A stretch of DNA of 64,000 nt, taken from assembly GCA_951406725.2 (NCBI GenBank), contig OX597817.1, positions 131,812,001-131,876,000 on the forward strand, given 5' to 3'. A program made the translations under genes and the position numbers. Under the pieces are notes generated by a model. The model was given only the letters and a program-made list of their open reading frames with translations. It ran no database searches and was not told the DNA's origin. The stretch comes from Octopus vulgaris (Eukaryota). Below are positions 1 through 13,262 of this stretch, piece after piece; position 1 is the first letter of the stretch; each line of letters begins with the position of its first letter.

Positions 1-160
1 GTTTACGTTCTGAGTTCAAATACTGCCGAGGTTGAGTTTGCTTTCCATACTTTCGGGGACGATGAAATGAGTGTTATTTAACCAGTGGAGATCGATGTAA
101 TCGACTACTTCCACCTTCGCCCAACCCCCATGAGATTGCTGGCCTACCTAAAGTTAGAAA
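1..160 (+). mobile_element. SINE family A, 5'-truncated by window edge
   Basis: TACGTTCTGAGTTCAAAT..GCCGAGGT..TTTCGGGG..GATCGATGTAATCGACT matches the family-A copies at 394-629, 19456-19677 and 54893-55125. Confidence 0.8.
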
Positions 161-393
161 AATTTCATAAACACGTAAGATATAGAACATTTTGTTTGAT
201 TGCTAATAAATTTGTGACGATTTTAAGATAAAGTACTTATCTTCGATCCTTAGTCGTGGCGTCAAATTCGCTCATTGTCAGCTTAGTCTTCAGTTCGTTA
301 GAAATTTATGCAATTTCTAATAATATTATCCGGTCGTATAAAAGCTTAAATGAAAATGAAGTTTGTTATTTCAGATAAAGGCTCAATACAATA

Positions 394-629
394 TTTATTT
401 CTTTATTGCCCACAAGGGGCTAAACACAGAGGGGAAAAACAAGGACAGACAAACGGATTAAGTCGATTACATCGACCCCAGTGCGTAACTGATACTTAAT
501 TTATCGACCGCGAAAGGATGAAAGGCAAAGTCGACCTCGACGGAATTTGAACTCAGAACGTAACGGCAGACGAAATACCGCTAAGCATTTCGCCCGGCGT
601 GCTAACGTTTTCTGCCAGCTCTCGGCGCC
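394..629 (-). mobile_element. SINE family A (tRNA-derived head, Meta/Sauria-like central domain), near full length
   Basis: Minus strand reads GAGCTGGCAGAAAACGTTAGCACGCCGGGCGAAATG..GAGTTCAAATTCC (A/B-box like), then CTTTGCCTTTCATCCTTTCG..GTCGATAAATTAAGTATCAG and tail GGGCAATAAAGAAATAA; more than 12 copies in window. Confidence 0.9.
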
Positions 630-1012
630 TTTGATTGCTCTATGTAATTAATGTTATCCATATGTATGTACATGTTTGTGTGTATCTGTACATGTGGTAG
701 AGTTATAGATGTATGAACATCACACATACACACACACACACACGCGCACACAAACACATAAACACACACACGCACTCACACATTCACTAATAAGCTCGCT
801 TCCCTCACCACATATCATACATTGGGTTAATGCTGGTTTCCTCCTTCTGTCTTGCGAATTGACCTCACAAGTCTTTCGCTACCCTGCAGCTATGAAAAGA
901 ACCATATTCCCAAGCTTACAGGCAGCGTGATCGAACATAAAGCCACGTGACTTTTTAATAAAGTTTTCCACCCCAAAGCTATGCCTATACCTATAAATAT
1001 TATTTATTTTGT

Positions 1013-1328
1013 TTTCTCTGCCTTAGCGAAGGTGGAGGTATTGTTTTCAGTCGCGTTTGTTTGTTTGTCCGTGGACAAGTTATCTCATGAACGGCTGGAT
1101 GGATTCAAATGAAACTTTCAGGGATGTTTGGCCTCGTGGTTGGCGCGAAATGATTAGATTTTAGGATCGATCCGGTACTGGACAAGGATTCTGGTTTATT
1201 TTTCCGGTTCTTTTATTTAAGTTTTGAGAGCGGTTGGGTTCATTTTAAAAATCCAGTCCGGGTAATTGTTGAGAGGTCGTTGGTGTTGTCTTGGTGAAGG
1301 TTTGCGCTCTCTGAGTGCTCTGCTTCTT
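1013..1328 (+). mobile_element. Helentron/DINE-1-like non-autonomous element (HINE type)
   Basis: 5' CTCTGCCTTAGCGAAGGTGGAGGTATTGTTTTC, short (GTTT)n, GGATGGATTCAAATGAAACTTT, 3' TTGGTGAAGGTTTGCGCTCTCTGAGTGCTC (sub-terminal inverted repeat plus 3' hairpin), the typical HINE layout. Confidence 0.65.
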
Positions 1329-1929
1329 ATGTTTCTATTGTTATCATACGCAAGCAAATGGTTTCTAGAATAACCGAAGATTCCAATTGGAACATCTGTT
1401 TTACTCTTCTAAAAGTTAGCTAGCTGTCTGATAATAAAGAAATCGCTATTTGTAAAGACCTTATTATTCTTAAGAAAGAAAATCCTTGACAGTAACACCT
1501 AAGTCTCAGCCAGTTTAGCCATCGTCAGATTGACATCTCAATCTGAAAATTCGAAGTCACTGTCAGAAATATTCTTGTTTAAAGATAAGAAACTTGTACT
1601 CAACAAAATTATAACCCAGCAGAATAATGCAAAATTATTTTTTTAAAAATTACAACTGAATATAAACAAACATTCACATATTTGTAAAGACTCTGTTTTC
1701 AACTATTTGTTTCACTTCTTCGGGCCTTCTTGCCAGAGCAAAACCTTTGGAGATGAAAGTCGAGCTGAACAAAGCCTCAACATCAATGGCGTCAAGTGAT
1801 CTAAGAAACATCCAAACAATTTGTTTTGATGGCACTCCCCGTTTCCCGTGAGAACCACCGCAATGAGGGGGTGAATGAAATCAAGAGAATCAAATATGTT
1901 GAGCTGGTGGATATATACAAAAGCAATGG

Positions 1930-2176
1930 GTAACAGGCTAAGTTATGGGGACGTAAACAACAACACCGGTTTTCAAGCGGTGGGGATAGACCTACACACA
2001 CATGTATATATTCGTCGGACTTCTTTCAATTTCCCGCCTACCAAATCAACTAGCACAAGGCTTTATTCTACCCGAGGTTATAGCAGAAGACACTTGCCCA
2101 AGATCACACGCAATGGAACTGAACCTGGAACGACGTGGTTAGAAAGCAAGCTTCTTATCACACAGCCTCTCCTGCT
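1930..2176 (-). mobile_element. SINE family B, degenerate, short internal microsatellite
   Basis: Minus strand GCAGGAGAGGCTGTGTGATAAGAAGCTTGC..CCAGGTTCAGTTCCATTGCGTG..TTGGGCAAGTGTCTTCTGCTATA matches the family-B head. Confidence 0.8.
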
Positions 2177-2487
2177 ACATCTAACTTTTCTTTTTATATT
2201 AAATTATTAAATTGTTGCATTAAAATCGTGGTTATGTTAAAAACGTCTTTGATTCTTACATTGTAGCGACTTCAGAATGTCAGAATTTGGGGCTAATGGA
2301 AACGGTTTAAATTATCCCCTTTCTGTAGAGATAGAATATACTGGGCTTCCCTTACTTGAGCTTATTTTCGGCGTGCCTATGAAAAGAATTCACTATTAAG
2401 CATATGAATTGTTGAGAAGCGAATAGTGGCGGAATTTGGCTGTGATAAGAATCGGTGATCGATTTGTAGGTATCCGTTTAGAAACAA

Positions 2488-2657
2488 TAACCTCACAAAA
2501 ACATCACATCGCAAACAATGACCATTAAGATTGTATCTGCTGCGACTTACGATAACCATTAACCTCACCGAAACACAACATCGTATGCAGTGGATATCAA
2601 GATTGTATCTGCTGTGAATTGCAATAAATATTAACCTCACAAACATATCACATCACG
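2488..2657. repeat. 72-bp tandem repeat, ~2.3 diverged units
   Basis: TAACCTCAC at 2488, 2560 and 2632; AAGATTGTATCTGCTG present in two units. Confidence 0.85.
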
Positions 2658-3620
2658 TCAGCGACAATCAATAGAAATATCGTTCGGAATTCCAACAGAC
2701 ATCGCATCACAAACAATGAACGTTTTACGGTGAAGATGCCCCAGAATTTTGATATGTAACAGGACTTTAAGACTTGCTTATTGCAAAAACAGAAAAGTCA
2801 AGCGAAGCTCGAAATTCAAATCAACAACTCTCTGTACATGCCTAACTAGTAAGACTTCTGTTGTTATTCTTAATCAAAATTTAAATGATACTTAACATAT
2901 GATCATTTTTTCTGGCGACTATCAAAACTGACGTAAAACTACCTCAGGTTCTGAGGAGATAAATTTATACTAAATGTAGATGTATTTTATATTATCGCAT
3001 CACATGTTCATCCTTGGCGACTGAACTGCCACATAGATATTTTCAACCACACCAGAAAAATAGACCTGTTCTATGGCTGGCAAACAGTTACTCACCACAA
3101 TAATAGAAATATTAGTAAAAGCACTAGTAACGATTCTTCAATATTTTGTCCCTTTCTTTCTCTTCCCTCTATTCTACAGTGGCTATTGAACCTCTCTGAC
3201 AGGAAATTGCATACCCAAAGCTCACCATATTGATTCACCCCTTTGTGGTGGTTGTAAAGCGAGTTTCTTAACAACACCATCACGCCTACGCCTATGTCTA
3301 TATTTATGGATACAACAGTTGTCGTACTTGGAATATTCCGTTGTCTATATTTATTATTTCGATTCTTCGCCTTATTATATGAATTGATTGATCTTTGAAA
3401 TTATGTTCTTGTAATATTTTAGCTAAAATTTATAGAAAATTATATAGTTTAAAAAGTTTGTTTTCTTTTCACCTATATAAGGATCTGGTTAGAAGTTCGA
3501 AATGTGAAGCTTCATCCCTCGTGGGTCTCCGAAAACCGAACGTAAAGAAACGTAAATAAATATCAGTTCTTTACTCACTGCACCATCAATTCTCCAGCAT
3601 CCTTGTTATTCTAACATATA

Positions 3621-3945
3621 CTAGCTGACCACGTGCCGTCAATAATGACGGCTAATCGTAGTATTTTACGTATAAGGTACAAAACATAGTACATAATTAG
3701 GACAAATACAAACATTCACATAATTCCCTTGTACACTCTCACACATACACACATATATACTCACACAGATTTGAAACGCTGACTTTTCCACCCCTTCCTT
3801 TCTCTCATGGCTATTACTTTCTACGACTGCCTCTCATTCAGGGCTATTACTCTCACTACTTCACCTTCATAAAATTACGATTTTCTCTCCTCCACCACGT
3901 GCGGCGTGATTCTGGACAAGTATATATATATATATATAAATATAT

Positions 3946-4011
<66 letters not shown>

Positions 4012-4039
4012 CCATAATACTCATTATTATATTAGGAGA
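3621..4039 (-). mobile_element. Non-autonomous Helitron
   Basis: Minus strand begins A|TCTCCTAATATAAT and ends with hairpin GCCGTCA-ttat-TGACGGC about 10 nt before CTAG|T; inserted in an AT site without TSD. Confidence 0.7.
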
Positions 4040-4569
4040 TCCATTTTTGTTTCATAATTAATGCTGATACATCGTGATAACGAAAATTAACAGCGGTATT
4101 CGTTAGGAGGTAATATCTTATGGACGTGAAGTGTATTTATATATTAACAACAAACAAAAATCGTCCGGCAACGGTGACAAGAATTCCAGGTGCGCATTTC
4201 TGCCTCATTGAACTTTATCAATAACATGCAAGTACTACAAACCGTATGCGTAGAAGCAATCCCCCTCCCCCTCTTGCTACTAATGTAGGAAACAGTCAAC
4301 AGGCTATAATAAAAAGAAACAGCGCATCTAGCATCACCACCACTATTGCTGGACGATTTTCTTCTCTTATTCATATATTTTCGAGCTTTCAAACAACGTG
4401 AGAGTATATGTAAGTATATGACAAATTATCTCCGAGCGAATACCCCATATAATTTTCCTTTCCGCGACATATCTGCATTAAGTATGATACAAAAATTGCT
4501 ATTTTCAACCTAAAACCGCTTCTGCTGTATAAAAGAGGTCTTTACTTACCTTTCATCATTGATCTTTTT

Positions 4570-5036
4570 CTTGTTTCAGTAATTAGACTACGGTCATGTT
4601 GGGGCACCTCCTTGAAGAATTCTTTGTTAAAATGAATCGACCATAGTACTTAGTTCCTTAAAAATCTGGTATTTATTCTATGAGTATCTTTGCAGAATCG
4701 CTAACTTACGAAGACATAAACACATCAACATAGATTGTCAAACAGTAGCGGGGAACGTGCACAGGCAGAGACAGACACACTAACACACGCACATACACAC
4801 ACAAACGCACACACATACAAACGAGCACACACACACGTGCGCATACACACACACGTGCGCATACACACACACAAACACACACATACACGCACACATATAT
4901 AAGACGGGCTTGTTTCAGTTTCCGTTTACCAAATCCACTCACAAAGCTTTGGACGATTCCAACCTATAGTAGAAGACAGCTGCCCAAAGTTCCACAAAGT
5001 CAGACTGAACCCGGTACCACGTGGTTGGAAAGTAAA
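4570..5036 (-). mobile_element. SINE family B with internal (CA)n-type microsatellite
   Basis: Head remnant (CCAACCACGTGGTACCGGGTTCAGT..TTGGGCAGCTGTCTTCTACTATAG..GGATTTGGTAAACGGAAACTGAAAC) and tail (TTGACAATC..AAGTACT..CCCCAACATGACCG..ACTGAAACAAG) on minus strand. Confidence 0.85.
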
Positions 5037-5038
5037 CA

Positions 5039-5100
<62 letters not shown>

Positions 5101-5105
<5 letters not shown>

Positions 5106-5320
5106 GTGTGTGTGCGTGTATGTGTGTGTAACTGTTCCCCACCACCGCAGGAAACCAGTGTTGGTGTGTTTAGGTCCCCGTAACGTAGTGGTTCGGCAAA
5201 ACGGACCGACAGAATAAGCACCAGCATTAAAACAAAAGCGAAAACAAGTGCTGCGTCGATCGTTCCATTAAAATTCGTCATGGCCACAGTATGTTAACTG
5301 AAACAAGTAAAAAATAAACG
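5101..5320 (+). mobile_element. SINE family B, 3' half
   Basis: GTGTTGGTGTGTTTAGGTCCCCGTAACGTAGTGGTTCGGCAAAA..ATGGCCACAGT..ACTGAAACAAGTAAAA. Confidence 0.8.
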
Positions 5321-5852
5321 AAAAGATTAAAAAAAAATCTCTGCAGCAGAACATTTTTTTCAGGGTCGCCGTTTAACTACCGAAGAACTTCAGACACTGA
5401 AACACAATTTCCGGAATATCGAGAAAAATCTTGTTTGCTTAGAACTGAAGCATTACGCAGGGTCTGAAATTTATAAATATCTGCTAATCCTAAATTTAGC
5501 TGGTTATCGATTTTTAAGATGTTATAGCTTAAATGCTGGGACTATATAAAATCCGAAACAATCATTTATAGTATAGTTCAATCAGGCACTGGAAAATAAA
5601 CCAGACGTTATTCAACTGGAATTTCAATAATTTTCAAATAAAACGTGGTGGAAAAAACTGGTAGTGCGCCGACCTAAATGACATGATTTCTTATATTTAA
5701 TTATCTGCCTTTATGAAATGTGATGAAACTTTTCTGAATTTGATTGCGAGGCTCAACGTGAAGAGGACAGTCAAATAACACAGAGACGGCTGTGTGCTAC
5801 GTTTGTTTCGCAACCAGGTAGATCCGACTTGAGATACACAACGGAATACACA

Positions 5853-6309
5853 TTTAACATTCATAGATGACTAAAAAAACTTCACTGCAAACTTAAAATT
5901 GAATTCTTCTTTTTTCTAAAATTAAACTGTATGAATCTAAATAGTTGGAATCCTAAATAGTATGAATCCCAAATAGTAGTAATACTAAATAGTATTAATC
6001 CTATGTCCCTAAAGAAACTATTCGGTTCACCTTGATTATCTCACTTCCATTTCTTAATATATAATTAGTCTAAGATATCTTTACAAAATATATTTAACCA
6101 AATAGGAACGAATATACCATACTGGTTTTAGTTTAACACTCATAGATGATTAAAAAACTTCATTGCAAACTTAGAATTAAATTCTTCTTTTTTATAATGT
6201 TCTCCAATACTAAGTAGTATTAATCCTATGTCCCTAGGGAAACTATTTGGTTCATCTTGATTATCTCACTTCCATTTCTTAATATATAATTAACCTAAGA
6301 TATTTTTAC
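5853..6309. repeat. Local direct duplication (5853-6084 vs 6132-6309) inside a probable highly decayed CR1-like LINE remnant on the minus strand (extending to ~7000)
   Basis: Shared TTTAACA.TCATAGATGA..TTCTTCTTTTT and TAGTATTAATCCTATGTCCCTA..TTGATTATCTCACTTCCATTTCTTAATATATAATTA; first copy carries extra ~16-bp GAATCCTAAATAGTAT units. The LINE origin is weak inference from fragmentary peptides. Confidence 0.6.
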
Positions 6310-7218
6310 CTAACTAATTAACTTTTAACCGCATGTAGTAAATTTTATTTCCAACAGATCCTATATTTTAATTCATTAATATCAACTCACTATCCATGAA
6401 ATTTGAATAATTTACTCTTCTAAATTACCTCTCTTCATATTATAAAATATCACATTCTACTAAACCTATGAATATCTTCCTTCTTTGATTTTCCCTCTTC
6501 CATCTTTCTTAGTATATATTTTGACCCCTAATATGTTCACTTGATTAATAAGGCTTTTCCCCCCAGTTAATAAGTACTATGCCTACTCATAATAATGATA
6601 GTCTTTTTCTCCAAATTGAATAAATTTTAGATTTATATTTTTTCCTTTATTCTAACATGTCAAAGTACTTGGAACTTATAGACCAACTGTTGTGATGATG
6701 TGCATAGGGTTTGTAAGGTCTCTGCATTCTCTGTGAATGTTATTGTGACCATTTGACATTGAACTAGTTCTGCTAACGCCGAATCTGTTCATCAAATAGT
6801 AGTAATTGGCATTTAGTTGTGACAATGCTGTTTTCTACATAAATTCCTTATATGGAGCTCTGACATCCCCTTTACTCCATTTCTATAATTAGAAAATCTT
6901 TATTGTCTCCTTTCATTTGTTCCTCCCTCTCAGAACCTTACAGTAGTCTGGAACAACTGAATCTTAGTCAGTCAGTTGATGGGCTCCACTACCTCAAATG
7001 TTCTTAAAATTTAAATCCACATCTTTGTCCATATATCTACCTTCTCTATAATGCTGCCACTTGATATGAAAATGTTAATATTAATGGAAAACCTGTATAA
7101 TTGGCTGATGAGTGCTCGGCATTTTAAAACTGTTGTAATACTTACAACATTTAATAAAATGATGTAGTACGAAACGATCGTACAAAATTACCGGAGTCAT
7201 TCTTGTTGCTTATTTTGA

Positions 7219-7294
<76 letters not shown>

Positions 7295-7346
7295 ACATAT
7301 AAGGGACGGCCATAATAGGACATCCGACTCACTAGAAAGAGCAGAT

Positions 7347-7399
<53 letters not shown>

Positions 7400-7400
<1 letters not shown>

Positions 7401-7686
7401 TTTTATGTGTTTCAGTCATTTGATTGCGTCCATGCTAGAATACCACCTTTAGTCGAACAATTCGAACCAAGGACTTATTCTTTGTAAGCTTAGTACTTAT
7501 TCTATTAGTCTCTTTTGCCGAACCGCTAAGATATGGGGCCGTAAACACACCAACATCGGTTCTCAAGTGATAGTGGCGCAACAAACATAGACATATAAAT
7601 ACATTGACACACACACACACACACACACACTCTCTCTCTCTCTCTCTCTTACACACACGCACACACACAAACACATATGTATATCC

Positions 7687-7717
<31 letters not shown>

Positions 7718-7885
7718 TAAGACGGCTTCTTTCAGTTTCCGTTTATCAAATCCAATCAAAAGTGTTTGGTCGGCCCGATGCTATAATATAAGACACTTGC
7801 TCAAGGTGCCACGCAGTACGCCTGAACCCGGAACCATGTGATTGGGAATTGGGAAGCAAGGTCTTACCACACAGCCTCTCCTGCG

Positions 7886-7888
<3 letters not shown>
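7400..7888 (-). mobile_element. SINE family B, full length, internal (TA)/(TG)/(GA) microsatellite
   Basis: Minus strand GGCGCAGGAGAGGCTGTGTGGTAAG..CATGGTTCCGGGTTCAG.. head, microsatellite core, then CCGATGTTGGTGTGTTTACGG..TTAGCGGTTCGGCAAAAGAGAC..GACTGAAACAC tail. Confidence 0.9.
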
Positions 7889-7934
<46 letters not shown>

Positions 7935-8885
7935 TTTAATATACACAGTATCAATGTAAGAACTGCTAATTGCTACTTGGTGTGAAGACACGTATCTTCA
8001 CATTAAGAAACAATTAGATAAAAGCTATAGAAGATAAAAACTAAAAACCTGTTGAGTAGCGTCCAAAAGGCCAGTAGCGATCGTTCTGTATAGTGATTGT
8101 ATATATAAACATATACGATTAATGCTGCATTGGGAATGGCAATGGGAATTCTGTTGTTGTGAGGCTTTTCTTAGTACCTGAAAAGAAGGGATGCGCAATC
8201 GCTTGCCAGGTGGCACAGAGCCTAGGGACATAGTTTATTTAATGAATTACAATTTCGTCACTCCCATCCAGCATCCAGCTTAAGTCTGAATCCATATAAA
8301 AATTCACCTGTGTCTATATAAAAATTCCACGGTAGTCTCCACGGAAAAGTTTCAGAAATTTTGTCTAGCGCATATGCGGTTATGTCCCTTTTCGATTAGA
8401 GTAAAACTATTCCAAGCACATCTTAGTTTTTCTCATTCTTCAACGGTCAATAAAATCAGTATTAGTTAAGTATTTTGGTCGATCATCTCGTCTGGAACTC
8501 TCGCGAAATTGTGGAATTTTGCCTACACTAGTGATCAATATATACATAATGATTAAATACAAGACAACTAACTGTGAATAAGTTAATTCGTTTTACTATA
8601 ATACTATGAAACAATTCGATAAAATATTTGACCCTCTTTTATATTTGAACAATATAAATTATTAACCCTTGTTCCGACCAAATATGTTTCGTTGGTGTTT
8701 TATTATAAATGAAAATAATGAAAACAATTCATCTATAGCCAAGATTGATTCAGCAAAATACATTCACGAAATTATATAAATTCGAAGATAACACCCCACC
8801 ACACACACATATGCATATTCTTTAGCTAAAAAAATCATTCAGTTAATTGAGTAAGGCATCTAAGATGATGCGGCTGATTGAGAAT

Positions 8886-8940
<55 letters not shown>

Positions 8941-8999
8941 ATACACACACACACGCACACACCATACGCATACATATATACCTACATACAAGGTTACAT

Positions 9000-9390
9000 A
9001 CATTGCAAATTAGCTGTCCAGCGGATGATATAAAACTGAAGATCAGTGAAAAAGTGAATAGCTATGATGAACTATTCAGAAATATGCAGTTACTCTATCC
9101 AGATTAAACATTCAGATTTATTACCTGTAATTATTGGGGTCCTGGGATATATAACACGCTGCCTAAATACCAATCTTGAGAAATTAGTATACTCAAAATC
9201 AGAAAGGGAAAAAGCTAATTTGAAGACAACAGATACGATCCATGACCTGAAATGTAAACATTTCTATGACTTTCCAGAAGTTTATCATTTAAATATACAT
9301 GAGCGTGTCTAGATATGCAAGTATATGCATGGGAATACATGCATAATACAAAACATACAAATCTGCACGTATGTTTACATATATACATAC
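9000..9390 (+). mobile_element. 3' fragment of an RLE-type non-LTR retrotransposon (restriction-like endonuclease C-terminus)
   Basis: Frameshifted peptides LQISCPADDIKLKISEKVNSYDELFRNMQLLYPD and PVIIGVLGYITRCLNTNLEKL resemble the E..P..K..Y and P.(I/V).GALG motifs ending RLE domains. Confidence 0.7.
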
Positions 9391-9614
9391 ATACATATTT
9401 GTGTGTGTGTATGTGTATGTCTGTGTGTGTGCATGAACGAATACGCGCATAAATATATATTTGTGTATGTGTACATATATATTACATGCTCACATATACC
9501 CCCCCCCCCAACACACACACATACACATACATGTATATGTTGAAGCACGTTTATGTGTAAAAAGAAAATTTTCAGATGAGGAAACTCTCTCTCTCTATCT
9601 CTCACTCTCTCTCA

Positions 9615-9683
<69 letters not shown>

Positions 9684-9789
9684 CATGCGTATGTGTGTGT
9701 GTGTTTGTGTGTATGTATGTGTATGGGCGTGTGTGTATATATATATATGTACATATACATATATATATATATATGTGTATATATATGTG

Positions 9790-9823
<34 letters not shown>

Positions 9824-9894
9824 TATATAGATACATACATACATACATACATGCTTATATACATGCATACATACATACATACATACATACATAC

Positions 9895-10338
9895 ATGGTG
9901 GCTGCCCCCTCGTTATCGAGTAAGGCCATTGCACGAAGCTTAATCAATGTTGTTATCGTGCAATGCCTGTGCAAGAAGATTTTTTTTAAGTGAGGAAAGT
10001 TATCCCAGTTACCTGAGTTACCTTCTCCTAGAAGGATGCCCTAACAAAGGCTAGGAGTCCTTCACTCCCAATGGTTTAACCGCGCGTTCGGTATTCAGTC
10101 CGATTATTTCTATGTCCCCGCGCATGATACAGCCTTAAGACATTTATTGGATGGCCGTTGACTCCAAGAGTTCCTCCGCCCTTTGACGGCTTCTGTTTTT
10201 CATACCGCAGGGTGTCCAATAAACACCCTCCTCACCAAGCAAGCTTGGTGGGGTTGCCGGTTTAGTTGCCGACTACCCGACCATGCAACAGGTTGTACTG
10301 GGTTACATGTCACCAGTAGCACTCGAAAGTGAGCTGAC
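9895..10338 (-). mobile_element. Non-autonomous RTE-derived element (5'UTR-like body plus RTE-like 3' tail), flanked by (CATA)n
   Basis: GC-rich 440-bp island between microsatellites; minus strand has GGGCATCCTTCTAGGAGAAGGTAACTC and ends CTCGATAACGAGGGGGCAGCCACCAT(GTAT)n; the 19-nt tail recurs at 58325-58343. Confidence 0.55.
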
Positions 10339-10362
10339 ATACATACATACATACATACATAT

Positions 10363-10417
<55 letters not shown>

Positions 10418-10454
10418 TAGATAGATAGATAGATAGATCGATAGATAGATAGAC

Positions 10455-10507
<53 letters not shown>

Positions 10508-10861
10508 TATACATACACACAATATATATATAGGGTGTCTATAAAGTCCACATATATTTTAAAATACTTGTAATGTGACTCTGTATCCGTATATGAGTAA
10601 GAAGGGATGTTACAGCGGTGAACAATGATGGTGACGTTTAGTCTCAGGTTTCAACATTTTCTCAGGCAATCGAAGAAAAAAAGGAAAGAGATGTTTTATA
10701 TTTATTTAGGCGGAGATAAATTAATTTAAAATTTAAAAATATCAATTGCCAATCACTTTCTCAATGAAAAATTCCCTTTTGATGTACCTGGACCTTAAGT
10801 GTGTAAGGCTATGAGTTTTTAGTCATTAGTCTGATTGTTACATGATGACACCCCAAAAATA

Positions 10862-10931
<70 letters not shown>

Positions 10932-11089
10932 ATATATATACATTTAGTGTCGTTAAGTACATTGCAAATTTGAAACAGACGCATTCACGAGTCTAGTCTT
11001 TGCTCAGTCATCAAAGAATTTGAAATAATTTAAATCATAGTTTTACTGCTTTTAATTGTGACCTTTTCCTCACAAGCAAAATATTTTGA

Positions 11090-11772
<683 letters not shown>

Positions 11773-12441
11773 AGTGTGTGTGTATGTATGTATGTATGTA
11801 TGTATGTATGTATGTACATGTATCCTTTTTTTTAATAACATTCCTTGTTATATGGATTTTTATAATCATCTCTGCAGTTTCCCTGCCGCAACTTCTACGT
11901 GCTGCATATCTGCATATTTTCAATCCGAAATTCTCGTCTGTGTCTTTTGAAATAATTTTACGCATTCTTTCACGTCCAACCTTTTTTACTTTCACTCTTT
12001 TTATTGACTTTCACTTTCCCTCTGAACTACACCAGTTTTATGTAAAATAACGTTTTTTTCTCTCTACAGTTTTTATAGAACCCATTTGTACATAACCTTT
12101 TATCCTCTTTTGCAATTCTCCGTTTTGCAAAATTCCCTCCTCGTGCTTTTTTCTATTTCAAAGTCATTCTCTTCCTCTTCTCTCTGTCTTTTTACATATA
12201 CTTTCACGCTCAACCCTTTTTCGGATATTATACCTACATTTTTTATCCTTCACTACTCATTAATTTTTCAACGTTTTATCGACTTTGTAACTTTTCCTCT
12301 GAACTTCTGCCTATTCTATTTTCTCATCTCCTACATCGTTTTTCATTCGTTTTTCTATCCCCCCACCGCCACTGCACGCCTTCTCTCACTTTTATCACAA
12401 CCCTCACAACTTCGATTCTCTCATCAACTAATCACCAGGAA

Positions 12442-12572
12442 CCTTTGGTTTCATATTGGGTGAGGTATCTCTCAACATTTATTCAAGTCTGTAACTCGGA
12501 GACGAACAGCAACGCTCCAAGTTACAGATTCGAATAACTGTCAAAGACGTCTCTCCCAACATGAAATAAAGG
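12442..12572. repeat. Imperfect inverted repeat (~58-bp arms, short loop)
   Basis: CCTTTGGTTTCATATTGGGTGAG..TCTGTAACTCGGAG pairs with CTCCAAGTTACAGA..CTCTCCCAACATGAAATAAAGG. Confidence 0.85.
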
Positions 12573-12664
12573 GCAGTCAGGATGCCCCACAAATAAGGAA
12601 TACTTATCCATCAACGTGGTGTTGTGCACTCATTCTCACAGTTCGATATTAACATATGACCTTT

Positions 12665-12945
12665 TGGTAAGGGAGTTGCATTCACGATCGGGAGATCGTG
12701 GTTTCAATTCCTAGACCGGATGGTGCGTTGTGTTCTTGAGCAAAACACTTCATCTCACGTTGCTACGCGATCACTTCGGCACCTGACGCGTGGCACACCG
12801 TGCTCCTGCTCAGACAACGTCGATTTGATGGAGAGAGTGAGCTAATGTGCGGCACGATTATTTGATCACTATAAACAAATCACTTGTGCAGCCCGTTCGA
12901 AAAACGCCGAACGTTCATACGTCGTCTTCGATAGGAGAGTCCGTC
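12665..12945 (+). mobile_element. tRNA-derived SINE, family-C-type head with a distinct body
   Basis: TCACGATCGGGAGATCGTGGTTTCAATTCCTAGACCGG (B-box like) then GTTGTGTTCTTGAGCAAAACACTTCATCTCACGTTGCT shared with family C. Confidence 0.7.
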
Positions 12946-13211
12946 ATATATATACATACATATATATATATAAGCCAGTGAACAGCAATTGATGAAACCA
13001 GCATGACTTTGAATCCCTTTAACAATTCATAATAGTGACTTTTATTCCTCTTAATTCGACCTCAGTTCATCTAATTGTATATATTTATCGCTACTTTTCA
13101 TAAAAAAAGCCTTTATTATTTTAATATCCAATGTGCATTTCCGCTTTTTTCTTCTTACTTTCCCCATATATCTACCACGTATGGTTTCTTTTTCTCTTTG
13201 AAACCAATTTC

Positions 13212-13262
<51 letters not shown>

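Noticed and set aside
12086-12463. 125-aa hydrophobic F/L/S-rich ORF resembling a membrane protein
   Set aside because: Explained by pyrimidine-rich low-complexity DNA; TTG start; no motif.
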